Positions 36,153-50,700 of a DNA stretch of 64,000 nucleotides are shown in pieces. The stretch is taken from the NCBI GenBank assembly GCA_043228905.1, contig JBHGNT010000015.1, positions 14,570,001-14,634,000 of the forward strand, given 5' to 3'. Both the position numbers and the translations under genes were made by a program. Each line of letters starts with the position of its first letter. The first letter of the stretch is position 1. The notes under the pieces are model-generated. The model was given only the letters and a program-made list of their open reading frames with translations, had not been told where the DNA came from and searched no databases. This stretch comes from Azolla caroliniana (taxonomy: Eukaryota; Plantae; Polypodiophyta).

Positions 36153-37701
36153 AATCAATAAAGTAAACAAGATCATTTTCATTGTGTGTACAAATAAACA
36201 CATGAGAAAGCAAATATCTTGACCCATCGACATACCATTTTAGTTCGAGTATAGTATATTATCTCATTTATTTAATGTGGTTGGCTACATATTTCATGCA
36301 CAATGTCTTAAACCATCCCCTATATGAATGGAATTTTTGTGCAAGAACAAAAAATGATCTTGGTAGACCAAATATGTAGAGTGGCTTAACAAAATATATG
36401 ATGTGAAAAGTCATTATATAGGGACTATGGGGTCATGTCAAGAGCCAACGATAACAAATAAATTGATTGAACAATAACTGAGTCATCTTCTACCAAAATG
36501 ACTTCTCCCAAAACTTTACTTGGATCAAGACATTCAATAACAAATTGTGACAAGGGAAAATATTGTGAGTATTAAGTATAGGGAGTCCTATTCTTGAACC
36601 TTGTAATGTTATTATCTAGAAACTAGTAAGTCACTGACAAATAGAACATGATATGGAGATACAAATTAGCAAATTGAACATGATATATTGTCTCGTCATT
36701 GTTTTGAATCATATTTAAAAACAATACTCATATATTTGCCAAATGTTTTGGTACATTGACAATCATTGCCTCCGATCTAGAAATCTATAAAGAATTTTGT
36801 CTCGCTTCTCTGTTTGTCCAAGGGATGGATGGAGAAGCGAGTCACGAGATTGTTTCTTACTTGGACAGCGTGACTCTGTCACTTACCTGCTATAGTAGGA
36901 GTTGGGATGTACCTGAATTCCATAAATAAAAAAAGGGTTAAGATACGATGACCTTGAGACCGCCTAGTAGCGATGATGCTAAGTAGCAAGCCACATTCTC
37001 AATAAATGCATGGCTATAGTATTCAAACCTATACTTAAGGTTTAGAAGACCTCTAATTAAAAAAGCATTGTTGTTGCTCTGACGAAACAGAAGAAGGTGA
37101 ATCGGTCTCGCTAGTACAGGTTTCTCAAACGAATTGGTAACCATTGAGGTAGAGTGGAAATCCAAAGAAGAGTAATAATTGTTGTATGCAATTGCGACAT
37201 CCTAATAGATAGAGAAGCTTGAACTTTGTTCTTGCAAGACATAGAACCTAGCTGGGTTGATCATGCAATGCAACCTATTGTTCGATCGTTTTGACAATAT
37301 CAACCTCGAATACATTCAATGGTCAAGGAACAAAGGTGTCGAGTGGGGGTCCATCTCATATATTGCCACTCATAATTACGTTGAAAGAAAGATACATTAA
37401 CCTCTTCATGGGACTTGGCTAGGTGCACTAGCGATGATTGGAAAATCTAGTGTAGAGATTCATGTATATGCCTAAGTATGGAATATCTTCCACTCGGGGG
37501 CAGGTGCACCACAATCGATGATATGATGCCGATGAGTGTGTGTGCTATATTACCTGTATATGTCGGAAGCCAATGCTGTTGCCCACGATTGCAATAAAAA
37601 AGGTCGATTGAGAGAGGAAGCTATCCATTCATAGGCTGGGCGAGGAGGTGGTCACGGGCAGGACGTGCACACGGGCGATGCCCATTGGTACACACTATAT
37701 T

Positions 37702-37725
37702 ACACGTGGCCCGTTTCCGTGACTC

Positions 37726-37791
<66 letters not shown>

Positions 37792-37855
37792 AGATGGGGA
37801 TACAGGCAGGTCACCAGGAGAGGTGGTGTTGAGGCTGCCTTTGAGGACACGTGGC
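37702..37855. promoter_or_regulatory. Two ABRE/G-boxes (ACACGTGGC) flanking a (GA)n tract upstream of PP2C
   Basis: ACACGTGGC at 37702-37710, GACACGTGGC at 37846-37855, (GA)n at ~37728-37790. Confidence 0.55.
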
Positions 37856-38056
37856 GCACCGTGGTTGGTCCATTTTTCACAGGCCAAACAACACAAATAA
37901 ATAATATAAATAAAGAAATCAAAAGAGGGAGATATAGTTTCCCTTCGCTTATGTTATTTTAATTTTTTTATTTTAATTTTTAATTTTAATTTTTTCCCAT
38001 TTTGGCTTCACAGTTCACAGACAGACAGCAGGCGAGATCGAATCCCCATAGAGAGT

Positions 38057-38100
38057 TTTAGGGTTAGGGTTAGGGTTAGGGTTAGGATTTTAGGGTTAGG
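38057..38100 (+). repeat. Interstitial telomere-like tract (TTTAGGG/TTAGGG): telo-box and G-quadruplex motif
   Basis: TTTAGGG(TTAGGG)3TTAGGATTTTAGGGTTAGG, ~105-150 nt before the PP2C ATG. Confidence 0.85.
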
Positions 38101-38205
38101 TTCTCGAGTTTAGTGGGTCTCTCTACCCCTTGTTCTTCTTTTTACTTCATTTACCCCTCTTCTTCTTCTTTTTGTTTCTCAATCTTAATGTGAAGAAAGG
38201 ATAGC

Positions 38206-40694
38206 ATGGAAGCAGGTCCAGATCAAGAAATGGCTTGCAGGAGCGCAAATGCGGTCCAGGTATGTTCTTGCATTCTTTCCTCTCTTTTTTCTCTTTTAGC
38301 CATGGTTTCTGTGTAGAAACTGTAATGGGTCAAATTCTCTCGGTGTGTTTTGTTTCTCTTCGTTATGTGTGTGTGTGTGTGTATAGAATTCCTCTGTTCT
38401 GGAGATGAAGCTCTGTGTACGTTCGGGTGCATGGTCGGACCAAGGACCGAGACAGTTTATGGAGGATGAATATGTTCTTGTAGATGATCTCGTCTCTCAT
38501 CTTGGATCGATCTTGACATGGAAAGGCTCTGGATCCTATTACGGGGTAAAGCTGAAAATGCTCTCCTGCTCAATGTTTATGTGATTTAATCTTGACTGAT
38601 CATGTTTCTTTCATATTTAATCTTCTAGGTTTCATCTTGTTTTTTTTCACATTGAATCATGTGGAGTTTCACCACAATAGATTTGCATTAGTTGTGTGGA
38701 TCTCATCATGTTTTTTTGAATTTGAATCATATTTTTTCCATATTGCATCATATTTCTTTATGGGTTTGAACTTTGAATTGTGTGAAATTTGGCTTTGTTT
38801 CTTTGTCATCAAATTGCGTTCCTGTTGTCATCTTTCCCATGATATAATCATGCATTTCAAATTCATTGCATCATGTAAATCACATGTATGAGTGTGGATC
38901 AGAATCACACATTCAAATGTGTTCTTATGGATTAATTCAATTTATCCTTTATGCAGACTTGTTCATTAGTCACACAGATTCAATCCTGTCTTCTCATGAG
39001 TCTTATAGTTTCAATTATATTGTTGAGTGAGTCTTATGTTTTCATCGTGGATTTGCATGATTCATGTTGATTTCACCATGTCTTTGTACAAGTTTTGTCG
39101 ATTTAATATTGATTTAAGTGTGGCTTTGCCCGAATCGTATATACATTTGATCATGTCTTTGCAAGAATCTTGTAGGTTTAATCATGTCACTGCACAAATC
39201 AATGCATTAAAACCTTGTATGAAACATTTGAATTTCCTTGTACGGATCATGCTGATATATATTACATCTTTGCACGAGTTGTGTCGATTGAATGATACCT
39301 CTACATTAATCATGTAGATTAACCAACTAATGTTATCACATGAATCTTGTGGGATTTTAATCATGATGTATGTCGTTTTAAAATCATTTAGTATGTGGAT
39401 ATAATCCATGTATCTTCTTTGAACAAATAAAAATAATCACATGGGCATGCATCCATCCATGTCTTTACGTGCAAAAAATCAACCTCAAGTTGATGCCAGG
39501 TCTTTGATGGGCATGATGGGAGGGATGCAGCTGTGTTTGTGAAGGAAAAGCTTCTCAGATACATCGTGGAAGATTTAGCATTCCCATATGCAATTGAAGA
39601 AGCTGTACACCATGCATTTTTGAGGACTGACGCTGCATTTGCTGAGGCTTGTTCATTGAACAAGGACCTTTCTTCGGGTACCACAGCCATTGCAGTTTTC
39701 GTTCTTGAAAGGTGAGCTCTCTCTCTCTCTCAATCCTCATTATACAGCAATTACCAAGGTCTCTTAAATTAAGTTAGTTTGCAACTTAGTATCTGATTCT
39801 TGTATTATCTATCTATGCATTGCATTACTCACTTTTGATTGCAAGGGGTGATGCTAACTTTAGGATTGTGGAAAGATACAAGCAAAACTTTTTTAACATT
39901 CGAGAACCAGAAGCATTTTTGTCTATTTTTTCAGATCCAGTTGTGATATTCGTCGTTGACAGATTGTTGCACTAATGTTGGAATCAAGCATACATTCTCT
40001 ATAGCCTACCCATCTATCTGACAATGCATGTATGTATGGATTGTATGGGTTAGACAACCTATCTACGCATAACATATGCACATATGCATGCATGTATGTT
40101 TGTATATTTGTATGTATGTCTGTCAAAATTATGTATGTTGATATTTTCATTATGAATGGATGGAGCAGGGAGTTAATAGTGGCAAATGCTGGAGATTGCA
40201 GAGCTGTTCTGTGCCGTAAGGGCATGGCTGTTGAGATGTCGAGAGATCATAAGCCCGATTTACTAGAGGAAAGAGTTCGTATTGAGGCCCTAGGAGGCTA
40301 TGTTTACGATGGCTACCTCAACGGCTATCTGAGTGTGGCGAGAGCTTTTGGAAACTGGCATGTCGAGGGTTTGAAAGGTGCATGTTGTCCTCTCAGTGTG
40401 GAACCAGAAGTGAGACGCGTGGATTTGACAGAAGAGGATGAGTTCATGATCATTGGGTGTGATGGCTTATGGGATGTCTTCTCGAATGAGAATGCGGTTA
40501 GTTTTGCGCGGCGAGAATTGCAAAGGCATAATGATCCGGTGCAATGTTCTCGGGAGCTTGTTAATGAGGCATTGCGGAGGAATTCTTCTGACAACCTAAC
40601 GGTTGTTATTGTGTGCTTCCATGCTGTCCCTCCCCCTGAGCTACACAAAAGATTTGTGGGAAGGCGACGGAATACTCTCACGAATGGAGTGTAG
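38206..40694 (+). CDS. Protein phosphatase 2C (likely clade G), 4 exons: 38206-38259, 38387-38545, 39500-39711, 40169-40694 (~316 aa)
   Basis: GT-AG junctions stay in phase. Motifs [54 protein letters not shown] and SDNLTV. Confidence 0.93.
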
Positions 40695-40757
40695 GAAAAA
40701 TGGCTTGTGTCTTTGCTTTTTATTCCAAATCGGAATCATCTTTGGTACCCTTAGTTT

Positions 40758-41048
40758 TTTGCATGACTAACATAGGGAGATGGTATAGGATAGAAAGCTA
40801 TGGTGTTTCTCGATGGAAACATCCTTTACGCTTTCTGAGCATTGCATGCCTAACATTAGGAGATGATATAGAATAGAAAGTTATGGTGTTTTTCAATGGG
40901 ATACACACCATTGGCTTTTTGAATTTTGTATGACTAATGTTAGGAGATGAGATGGGATGGAAAGGCTATGGTGTTTTTAAATGTGACACATCATTGCCTA
41001 TTTGAGGTTTGCATTATTACTAACATTAGGAAATGATATCAGATAGAA
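40758..41048. repeat. Diverged ~84-bp tandem repeat (3 copies plus a partial) 3' of PP2C
   Basis: Recurring TTGCATG.CTAACATTAGGAGATG.TAT.G.ATAGAAAG.TATGGTGTTT. Confidence 0.8.
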
Positions 41049-43089
41049 CTAGAGGAATGTTCACAAGATTAAATTCCAGGAACATCTAGATAGGATACTT
41101 CCTCTTCGATCAGCAAGTTTATATGGGAATTGTCATTACTTGACAGGCAGAGTAAATATGGTGCGACTTTTATATACATGATGGCGCCCTTACATATTTG
41201 CATGATGGGGCACTATACTATTTTTTTACACTGTTTTTTGAACCTATGTTGTGAGCTTTATGGCATTGATCCCATCAAAGAGGAAGTATTAATACCCATA
41301 TCTTGTTCCTGAGGATGACATATACAAAGTCTTCTTGTATCATTAGAAAAACACATTTAGTATGAGACCCATGCTTGGGAGTAAGGAATTCTTTTTTTTA
41401 TTTGCAATCATTCTTTTTAGCGTTTTGTTGTAACATTGATGAATGATTTTAGCATCATCATCAAACCTCAAGTCAATAAATATACATTTTGCATCATTGC
41501 TTCCTATAAAATGTGTCCATGTTGAAATAAAAAAGGTTAACTTCTTGTTGGAGCATGATGTTTCGATAATTGGAAGCTTCAGGGCCACCACATTCTAGAA
41601 AAGTGGTTCAAGTGCATAGTGTTACTCCATTGAATGTCATGCATTACTTGTATGCTGCTGGCATTCCAGTATGTTCATGTGGTGTCCATATGTTAGGCGT
41701 GCTTCAAAACTAGGGAGGAGAGTTGTCTTCATGAAGTTGAGCTTTTAACCTAGGTTGCCAAGCTTTTAAAAGTTTTTGTTATTTTTCATGGATGAGACCC
41801 ATGGATCACCCATACTTAGCACAACCCATTACATATCCATGATTGCATATATTGTGTTGATGTATGTCTAATGATTCCTTCTCCTAATCATGCAATTTCC
41901 ACGAGGCATCCTTGACATACTTATGACTTTATGTTTCCTTAAATTTTATGTTCAATCATAATATATTAATGAGACATACCCCTTTGCCCATATGTAACCT
42001 TATGAGCATGCACTCTGGGAAAAAAATGGTTATCTCGTAGTCATACAATTTTCATTAGACGTACTTGGCATATCTATGTTGTACATTCCATATTGAACCA
42101 TGCATTCTCCATCACAAATTTTTATAATTCAATACCATATTTCTAAATTTCAAACGATGTAAGTAGGGGTTTGTTGAGTGCATTGAATCCATAAAATGTT
42201 ACTTGAGGTCTAAAGGTTGGGAAATCCCATTAGAAATACTAGAAAGCACATGTAATTCTTAGGGGCTACATGCATTTAGACCTCACATTGTTAAGACAAA
42301 TTAATAGTAGTGAATGTTAGTAGACAAGTTGGCACAACATGATTTATTGTTTATTAAAAGGTTCTTGCCATCAGATTCGCTTGAGGATACATGGCTCTCG
42401 AATATTTGTAGCCTTTGTGTATGTGGCTATTTTTTGCTCATCCTATGTTGGAGCACACCCATAATCATTCCTCTACAAAAAAGAATAACTTATTAAAACA
42501 AATTACACCTTTTATGCCACCTCGCCAATGTATGCGCAAGCCGTAATTAACAAAATATGATTTCATATAATATGAAATAGGATAAAGCTTAACATGATAA
42601 ATTATAAGTTACACACCTTTTGTTGTGGGGGATTGAACATTTATATGCCCTTCTTTATGAAAATGTGCCTTGGTGGCTTTGTCCATAGATGGTGGCCTTG
42701 AATATTTGTTTTGGATTTTCTAATCCTCTTGTTATTAGTAGTGAAAACTTATGCTCGGTTGGTTCTTATATAATTTATCTTATGTTCAATACATGGGCGT
42801 GTATGAGTGAAGGGCAAAGAGACAAAGACGAAGGAAGGTGACGGGTGCCTCTCTGCTACTTGTCGACAAGCAACAGAGAAAAAGGGACAAGTCATTGGCT
42901 ACTCCTAGAGATGACACAATAGGTGTTGCCAAGTTAGGGTCGGGTGTCAATTTGGAACATTGTGCCCAAGCCTAGGCTCCACACTTCGAGAGCCCCTTTT
43001 ACACTCCTCTACACACGCTTCGTCCCCGTAAACACCTACCCAAGAATAAAAAAGGGAGGGAAACACTTTATACTTTCCTGAATACATGA

Positions 43090-43670
43090 GGGCAGACATA
43101 CACATACACAGTGCACACACACACACACACACACATATATACATACCACACTAAGTACACACATTCCTATATTTATAAAAATGCATATACACCCAAGGTA
43201 ACTCATTTGAACATTCACGAACTCTTGCATGTATAATACATTCACGAGAGCATAGACACACATACATATGCATATGCATATGAATATACATATACGTATA
43301 TGTATGTGTATAAATGTTTGTTTGTGTATTGTTGAAGAATGTGTGTCTAATTTAATAAATGTATGTGTATGATTGTATGAATATATAGTTATTAATATGA
43401 ATGTATGTGTGTGTATGATTATATGAATTGTATAAACGTTAGTATGAATGTATATATATGTAGGATTGATGAGTGTGTCTGTAAGGTTGTATCATGTATG
43501 AATGTATCAATGTTAGTATGACAATATGAATGCATATCCCATTGAATAAGTGTGTATGATTGTATGAATGTATAAATGGCGTGAATAAAAAATGTATGTA
43601 TATGAATTTTATAATTGTGTATAATTATAGTCTATAGATATATGTAATTGTATAATTCTATATACATATA
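43090..43670. repeat. CA/TA/TGTATG low-complexity region
   Basis: A (CA)n run followed by degenerate TGTATG(A) repeats. Confidence 0.7.
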
Positions 43671-45599
43671 TCTACTTTTATGAATATATTTTTCTTCAAT
43701 TGAATATTGACATTAAGTAGAATCACATTTCTTACTCTCAAAACAATAGATTTTCTATCCTAGTAAAGAATCACAACAATTGTATAATCACTAGCATTGT
43801 TTTCAATCTCGCAAAGTTTAGACGAATTAAGAAACATAATTTGTCCTATTGTCTTGGAAACACCTTGAGTTATACAAGTTTCTTTTACAACTTTTACAAT
43901 GCTCTCCAACCTTTTCATATTGTGTTGTAAGTCTTTCTATTCATTTGTCCCTCTCCTTGACACCACACTTGTTCCTCCATTTCTTAGCCACAACCAAGTA
44001 TATGAAAATTGTTAACGAGGTGTGTGCCTCCTCTTTACCGTCAACCTTCTTTCCAAGACTCATATGGGCCTTCTCATCAACTTCAATTTTGTCTTTATGT
44101 TTCTTGTATGTCTTCTTGTTGTTCTCCACTTTGAGCACTCAAATTAGTTAGGTTGTCCTATCTTATTTTTCTTGGTGACCTTTCATATGTAGTTGTAGCC
44201 ATTGTTGACCAACTTGTTTCTTTGCTTCTTTGATATGTTGTACTTTGTCAATAGTTACATGCACGTCCACTACCTCATTGGCTTTTCCCTTACAGATTCT
44301 TCTTGTTGACCGTATATTGACGTCTTTCTTTACTTCCTTCATAAGTTGTACATGGCTAGATGTAATGTATGAGTTTGTTAGTTTGATGTATTGGATGAGA
44401 TCCACTAGTTTTCTTGTCATAATTATAACACACTGCCTCTATTACATCATTCACATAATTGTGTATCTTATAGGTATGTTGCACTAAGCACACATATTTC
44501 TCTCTGTTAGAGTTCTATCTCATTACCGAGGTCATGTTGTAGGGTTGGATTACCATTTACTCTTTTATTGGCGAAACAAGCAATAATGGTCATCACACAC
44601 TCTCAAGTTGCTAATTATTGTGTATTAGACTTGGAGGATGATACAAGATCTACGAAGTCACAATTCCACGAGTATCCATGTGGCTATATATGGTAGTAAA
44701 CACACTTGTAATTAGAATAAGAACTTTGGAGAGTCCTATGAAAGGGGAAAAAACTTCACTCACATGTGAATCAAAACAATTTTACTCCGTGATGAGACTA
44801 GATGAAAAGTGTCTAAAGAATCTTGCAATTACAATGACTCCTAGATTTAATTACAATTCTTCACAAAAATGAATAAAAAGTGATAATAATGAGGCGAAAA
44901 ACAAAGAAAGGAATGGAACAAGAAAATCCACAAATTAATGTGGCAAGTCTACAATAAAAAACGTCAATGCCTTGGTCATCATAGCTCTCCCATTCATGCC
45001 TGGGTGAAGTGGTTCCTATTACAACTCTCCTTGATGTTGAAGATTGGGCCTAAATTCTCTCAATTTTGACAATCCCACACATAGTTATCTCCTTGAATTC
45101 TGTAGCTCTCATAAACTAAAAACAGATCTTCCCTTTTTCTTTTAATGTGCACTTTTTATTTTGATGCAACTCTATCTTTTCTTTTTGGTATGGACATTTG
45201 GTATTGATCCGTATTGCGCCCCCTTCTAGCATTCTTACACATTGCAACTCCATCTTCTTTTTTCCATTGGTTGATAATAGGTATCAAACCTTTTACCTCT
45301 CCATTTGAAATGGATAATTTCTATTGCTCGAGTTTTGCACTTAATCTTTCTTGATCTAATCCTTGGTTTCTTTGTATTCTTGAGTTATCACAAAACTTGC
45401 CTTTGTTGCTTTTTTCTCCCTTCACCCACTCCACACCACGTCATCACAATGATCATACACGTTATAACTCATCCCTTTATCTGTTATCTTAGCCTTCACT
45501 TCTGTATGACTTAGCTCACAATCTATTTGATGTAAGGTGGGTTGATGGGGCATTAGTGAGGAGTCTCATTGACTATGGAGATTGTTTCTTGAACACACT

Positions 45600-46500
45600 C
45601 TAATACACTATTTTGTTTGTGAGCACATTCATGTACTTTCCACACATAGTGAATTTAATCCAAGACCTCAACACATTTATCTCACATCCACAATGTGCAC
45701 TCGAAATTGCATCATTCATTAGTGAGATTCTTGAACTCTAACAAACATTACTCAAGTCCAATGCTATGTGAAAAATGTTTCACTTTTGTTCATATAGGTT
45801 ATGCTTGACTTCCAATAACTAAAATAAAATCCACTTTTCTATAGCACATTTTGAATATTTAATAATATCTTAATACATCCACCATATATTGTGCCTTTCT
45901 AAGAATATTTTACATTGTTGTACATATTTGATTGGTGTTGTCTCTACTGTAGTTAAGTGCCTACACATGTCAACCCAATCATATCTTCTCTCGTTGTGAG
46001 TCTTTATGTTGATCATGGTCTCTTTCAAGTAGTTTCCTCCATTGCTTGTTTAAGCATCCAAGTTCGTCCACTATTATATGTTCTTCCCTCAATATTCATC
46101 TTTAGTGCCAGTTTCTTTGACACCATCAACAATCTTGTGTCCCATCTAAGGAGTTGTGGTCAAGTGAATGAGAAGAAGCTAAAATCTGGATCACATTGGA
46201 GTTACTTTATTACTTGCAAGGATGAAACATATCTTAAGTATGTATTTAACTAAAGTATATAAATAAATAAATTTATATCCATTTTACACTAACAAGAGCA
46301 AACGCATTGGTTGTACATATGTAACATGTTATAAAAGTGTCTAGAGCATTGTTACATCTACCAGGCACATCCTTTCCATGTGTAAAACTCATTGGCTTGT
46401 CACATATTGACATCCAGATTCTACCTTATTGTAGTCAATTTAGAAGAAATGAATGATCTACAAATTGAGTGATAAAGTAAATATTAAAGTGATACAAGTG
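45600..46500 (-). mobile_element. Possible very decayed MULE/SWIM transposase remnant
   Basis: Only weak motif echoes (ICDK..; ECT..; EKW) in stop-riddled AT-rich frames. Confidence 0.2.
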
Positions 46501-47714
46501 AAGGAGGGGAATTGTGTTCATTCTTATCTAGTTCATAAGTGAAAGCTTCCTTTACCGCCTTATATTGTGTTTCATTCCATGTTTGCATATACACAATATA
46601 CTTATTGTACCCACTCATTCTCCATCTCAAGATTTTATAGATGTGTTGTATATCAATGGACACTCCTATGCGATTTCTTTTTAGGATGTTTCTCTTTCCT
46701 ATTAATTCTTACATGGAAGGTACCTCGGATTCTCTCGACTTTTGAGAAAAGCTTACATTATGGTTTTATGATAGGCATTTCTAGGGTATTTTTGTTCTTG
46801 CCTATTAATCTATACATGAGTATTTTATTCCCAAAGAGTAATGGGGATCAACCAATGATTATATATCATCGTGTCAGAAATGAATTTGCTAATGATTTGA
46901 TAAACTCAAACTTATTGGATAGGGAAATACAATTGAAATGTATTTTTCTTGAAAAAACTCTTCTTTTACACGTCAACTGGTTGATGGAGAGGTGCACAAT
47001 GCTCATTACAGACTAACATATGAAAGAAATGCACGATTCTAGCTCTTACATATTTTGTTTTAGAAAAAACTAACAAACAAAGACTCTTCAAAAAAAAATT
47101 ATGCTTTACTTCCTAAAGAAGTTCAAATAAGGAATTCTTACATATGCATTTTTATGTCTCTTTCTTCTCCATGTCTGATTGTGCCTCATTACTTGTACAA
47201 CCCGATTCATGACTCGTACAAAGACCTTCACCATAGAAATTTATGACCTAGTTCTAGACTTTCATTTGTATATTTCCATTTCTTTAGGTACAAAACTTGT
47301 AAACAACTTTCTTCTAGATATGTACATTGTTACAATAACATTACACATCGATTGCTTGGTTGACTTTTATGACTATGATTGATTCAATCAGGTACCTTTC
47401 GCTCTTTGTGAATTATATTATGTAGTTGATTAAGGCACACATGAAGATATACATTCTCATCAATTAGGCCCAAACTTGTGATAGAAATCACATGATTGTG
47501 TTAATTTTTAGCAAAAATGGAGTTTTTTATCCTTTTTAGGAAAACAATTCGTTCACTTTTGATGATGGTAACAATTAATCTTCTTTCCTATTACACATTA
47601 CTGCATTTCAAACTACGACATTTAACAATTGCCTTTTATACAATGGGCTCCACACTAGGTCATAAAATGCTAATGACTTAAGTACACATCGTTTAAGTAC
47701 ATGAGGTAATTTAG

Positions 47715-50700
47715 TGTAAAGAATCGATGGTGATTCTTGTGCAACGGAAGAGATTAGAGATGTGTGTTATGTGTGTGTGTGTGAGACAGAGAGAGAGAGG
47801 AGAGAGATACAAGATCGATAGAATAGACAATACTCAAGAAGATTGTATATTACAAAGGAGATTAACCGACGTATTACAAAGTAGGAGAAGAGTGCTTTAT
47901 CTAGTCACTCTCTCTCTTCATTAACTACCGAAGCTCATGAGTCATGGGGAATGTGGAAACTCATTAGTTATGTGTAATAGAATATGATTCTATGACACAT
48001 AGTTAATGTGTAAAGAGTAGTGGTGTGACTTTTGACCTTTGAGTGTTCATACACTCTCAAGGGTGTGTTTACACATTAGACTAGGTTGAGCTTGATTCTC
48101 AACACGCCCCCTCAAGCTCAACTTTGGTCGGCTTGTCCGCTTTGGCTGGTACTCGGTTCAGACGGTATTCGGTTCTCTCTTGTTTGGTGTCTGCTTTGGC
48201 TGATACCTGGTTCAGACATACTCCCCCTCAAGCTTGGCAAGTCAGGGATCATCAATCCAAGGTCTGACATGAATTGCCGAAGATTGTCGGCTCTTAGGGC
48301 TTTGGTGAAGATGTGTTGAAGGTCGACATGTCTAGCCTAAACACGCTCTTGAATGAAGTGATAGTGCACTTCGATATGCTTCGTGCTGCGTGGAACACCG
48401 GGTTTCAAGCCAAATGAATACTGCTCATGTTGTTGCCGTAAAAGGGAATTAGATCTTTGATGGGAACGCCTAGATCCTTCAATATCCTCTTGAGCCATAT
48501 GGCTTCACATGCAGCCACCGTCGCGCCCCTGTATTTGGCCTCTGTGCTCGAAAGAGCGAGGTTAGTTGCTTCTTACTACTCCAAGAGATGGCTCCACTTC
48601 TGAGAGAGAAGACGAAACCAGAGGTTGATCATCGATCGACTCTGTAGTCAGCCTAGTCGGCATCTGTGTACCCTTCGAGTTGAATTGGCGTGACTGACTT
48701 ATAGAGAATGCCATAGTCCATCGTTCCACTCACGTATTGTAGCACTCGCTTAGCACAATCCAAATGGATATCTCGTGGAGTTTGCATGAATCGGTTAAGG
48801 AGACCGATCGGATAACTTAGGTTGGGTCGAGTGACCATGAGGTAGATGAGGCTCCTGATCGGTTGTCGATACTGAGTCGGCTCACACTTTGTGGTGCCGG
48901 AGTCGGCATCTAGTTTGAGGTTTCGATCGAGAGGGTTTGCCACAGATTTGCACTCGGTCATCCCGAACTTGTATAACAAGTTGAGGATGTAGTGCTGTTG
49001 AGAGATCATTATTCCGGTTGGAGTTTGGATTACCTCAAAACCAAGGAAGTAATAGAGCTCTTTCATGGCTATCATCTCGAATTTGTTGGATAGGAGGGAC
49101 TTGACCTTGTTGATGTTGATTAGATGCTCACCTCCAATGAACACATCATCCACGTATAGGATGATGACAATCGGACTTTCGGAATCGCTTCTTACATAGA
49201 GAGAATTGTTAGATTTTGACATTCGGAAGCTCATTCGCTGAAGATATTGTGTTATCTTTGATTGCCAAGCACGTGGTGCTTTCTTAAGGCCATAGAGAGG
49301 CTTCTTGAGTTGGCAGACGACTTTCGGATGAATATTGGATTCGAAGCTGGGTGGTTGTACCATGTGCACCTCCTCTTCTAATTCGCCTTGAAGAAAGCCG
49401 TTCTTGACATCCATATGGTGGAGGTGCCACCCTTTCGCTGCAGCAAGTGCTATCACGGTTTGCACAGTTGTCATCTTTGCCACCAACATTAATCTTTCGA
49501 GTAGAGGGGTTGAAGCACTTGTACCCCTTTTGCTCTAGTGAGTACCCCACGAGGATGTACTTTTCTGATTTTGGGTCAAGCTTTTGCCGCTTCTCATCGA
49601 GAATGTGCACGTATGCAATGGAGCCGAATATCCTTATATGGGATAGATCCGGCTTCTTCCCATAGTACTTCTCGTGTGGGGTGACCTCCTGCACTCCGGA
49701 TGTTGTGCACTGGTTCATGAGGTAGATGGCGGTACTTGCAGCTTCTGCCCAATATGACTTGGGCATATGCTTCTCATTTAGCATGGCCCTTGCTACTTTG
49801 AGGATGTGCCGATTCTTGCATTCGGCTACACCGTGTTGTTGTGGTGTGTGTCGACAAGTGAATTCTCGCCGAATTCCTTCTTGTCGAATGTATGCTGTGA
49901 ACGCATCAGAGAAGTATTCCTTTCCTCCGTCCAACCGAAGACATCGTACATGGCGGTCAATTGTCTTTTCGACTTCACTTTTGAATTTTTGGAAGTGTGA
50001 AAACACTTCGCTCTTCATCCTAATGGGAAAGATCCATGTGTATCTAGAGAAGTCGTCGATGAAGGTAACATAGTACCGACATCCTCCGACTGTGGCCGTC
50101 TGTGCCGGTCCCCACACATCCAAGTGGACTACGTCCAATATGCCTTTGCTCACGTTCCTCTCCTTCGGGAATGGTTGCCGATGTTGCCTGCCGAATTGGC
50201 ATGCTTCACATACTCCTTCAATCTCTTTCTCTTTGAAGGTCGTGAGCCCAATGACGACTCCTTTCGATTGCATCGCCTTGAGTTTGTTGAGATTAATATG
50301 GCCAATTCTTTTATGCCATAGCTCTATGTCGGTGTCGAGTTTGAGACCCTTTGCAAACATGGCCGATTTTACCTTGTTCACGTCGAGGATGAACATTCGG
50401 CCTTCCCTTCGACCACGAGCAATTAGTCGGCCTTCCTTCTTGATGAAGCAACCACCTTGGTTGAATCGAACTTGCATCCTTTGCTCCACAATTTGGCCGA
50501 CCGAGACCAAATTCTTCGTTATGGTGGGTACATGTAAGACATTTTTGATGTAAGTTTGTTCGTCGTCTTTCCCGAATGGGAAATTGCCGAGATCGGATGA
50601 GTGGTGTCGTCTCCGGTCTCGACATAATTGGGTCGATCTGACTCTCGTAAGTCTCAGAACCATTCTTGATGGGACGTCATATGGTTCGAGGCACTGGAGT

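Noticed and set aside
40032-40168. N-terminal extension of the 220-aa PP2C ORF
   Set aside because: TATG-repeat intron sequence; the real exon starts after the AG at 40168.
41100-42900. Possible decayed coding sequence (plant-mobile-domain-like) on the minus strand
   Set aside because: No motif identifiable with confidence; many stops.
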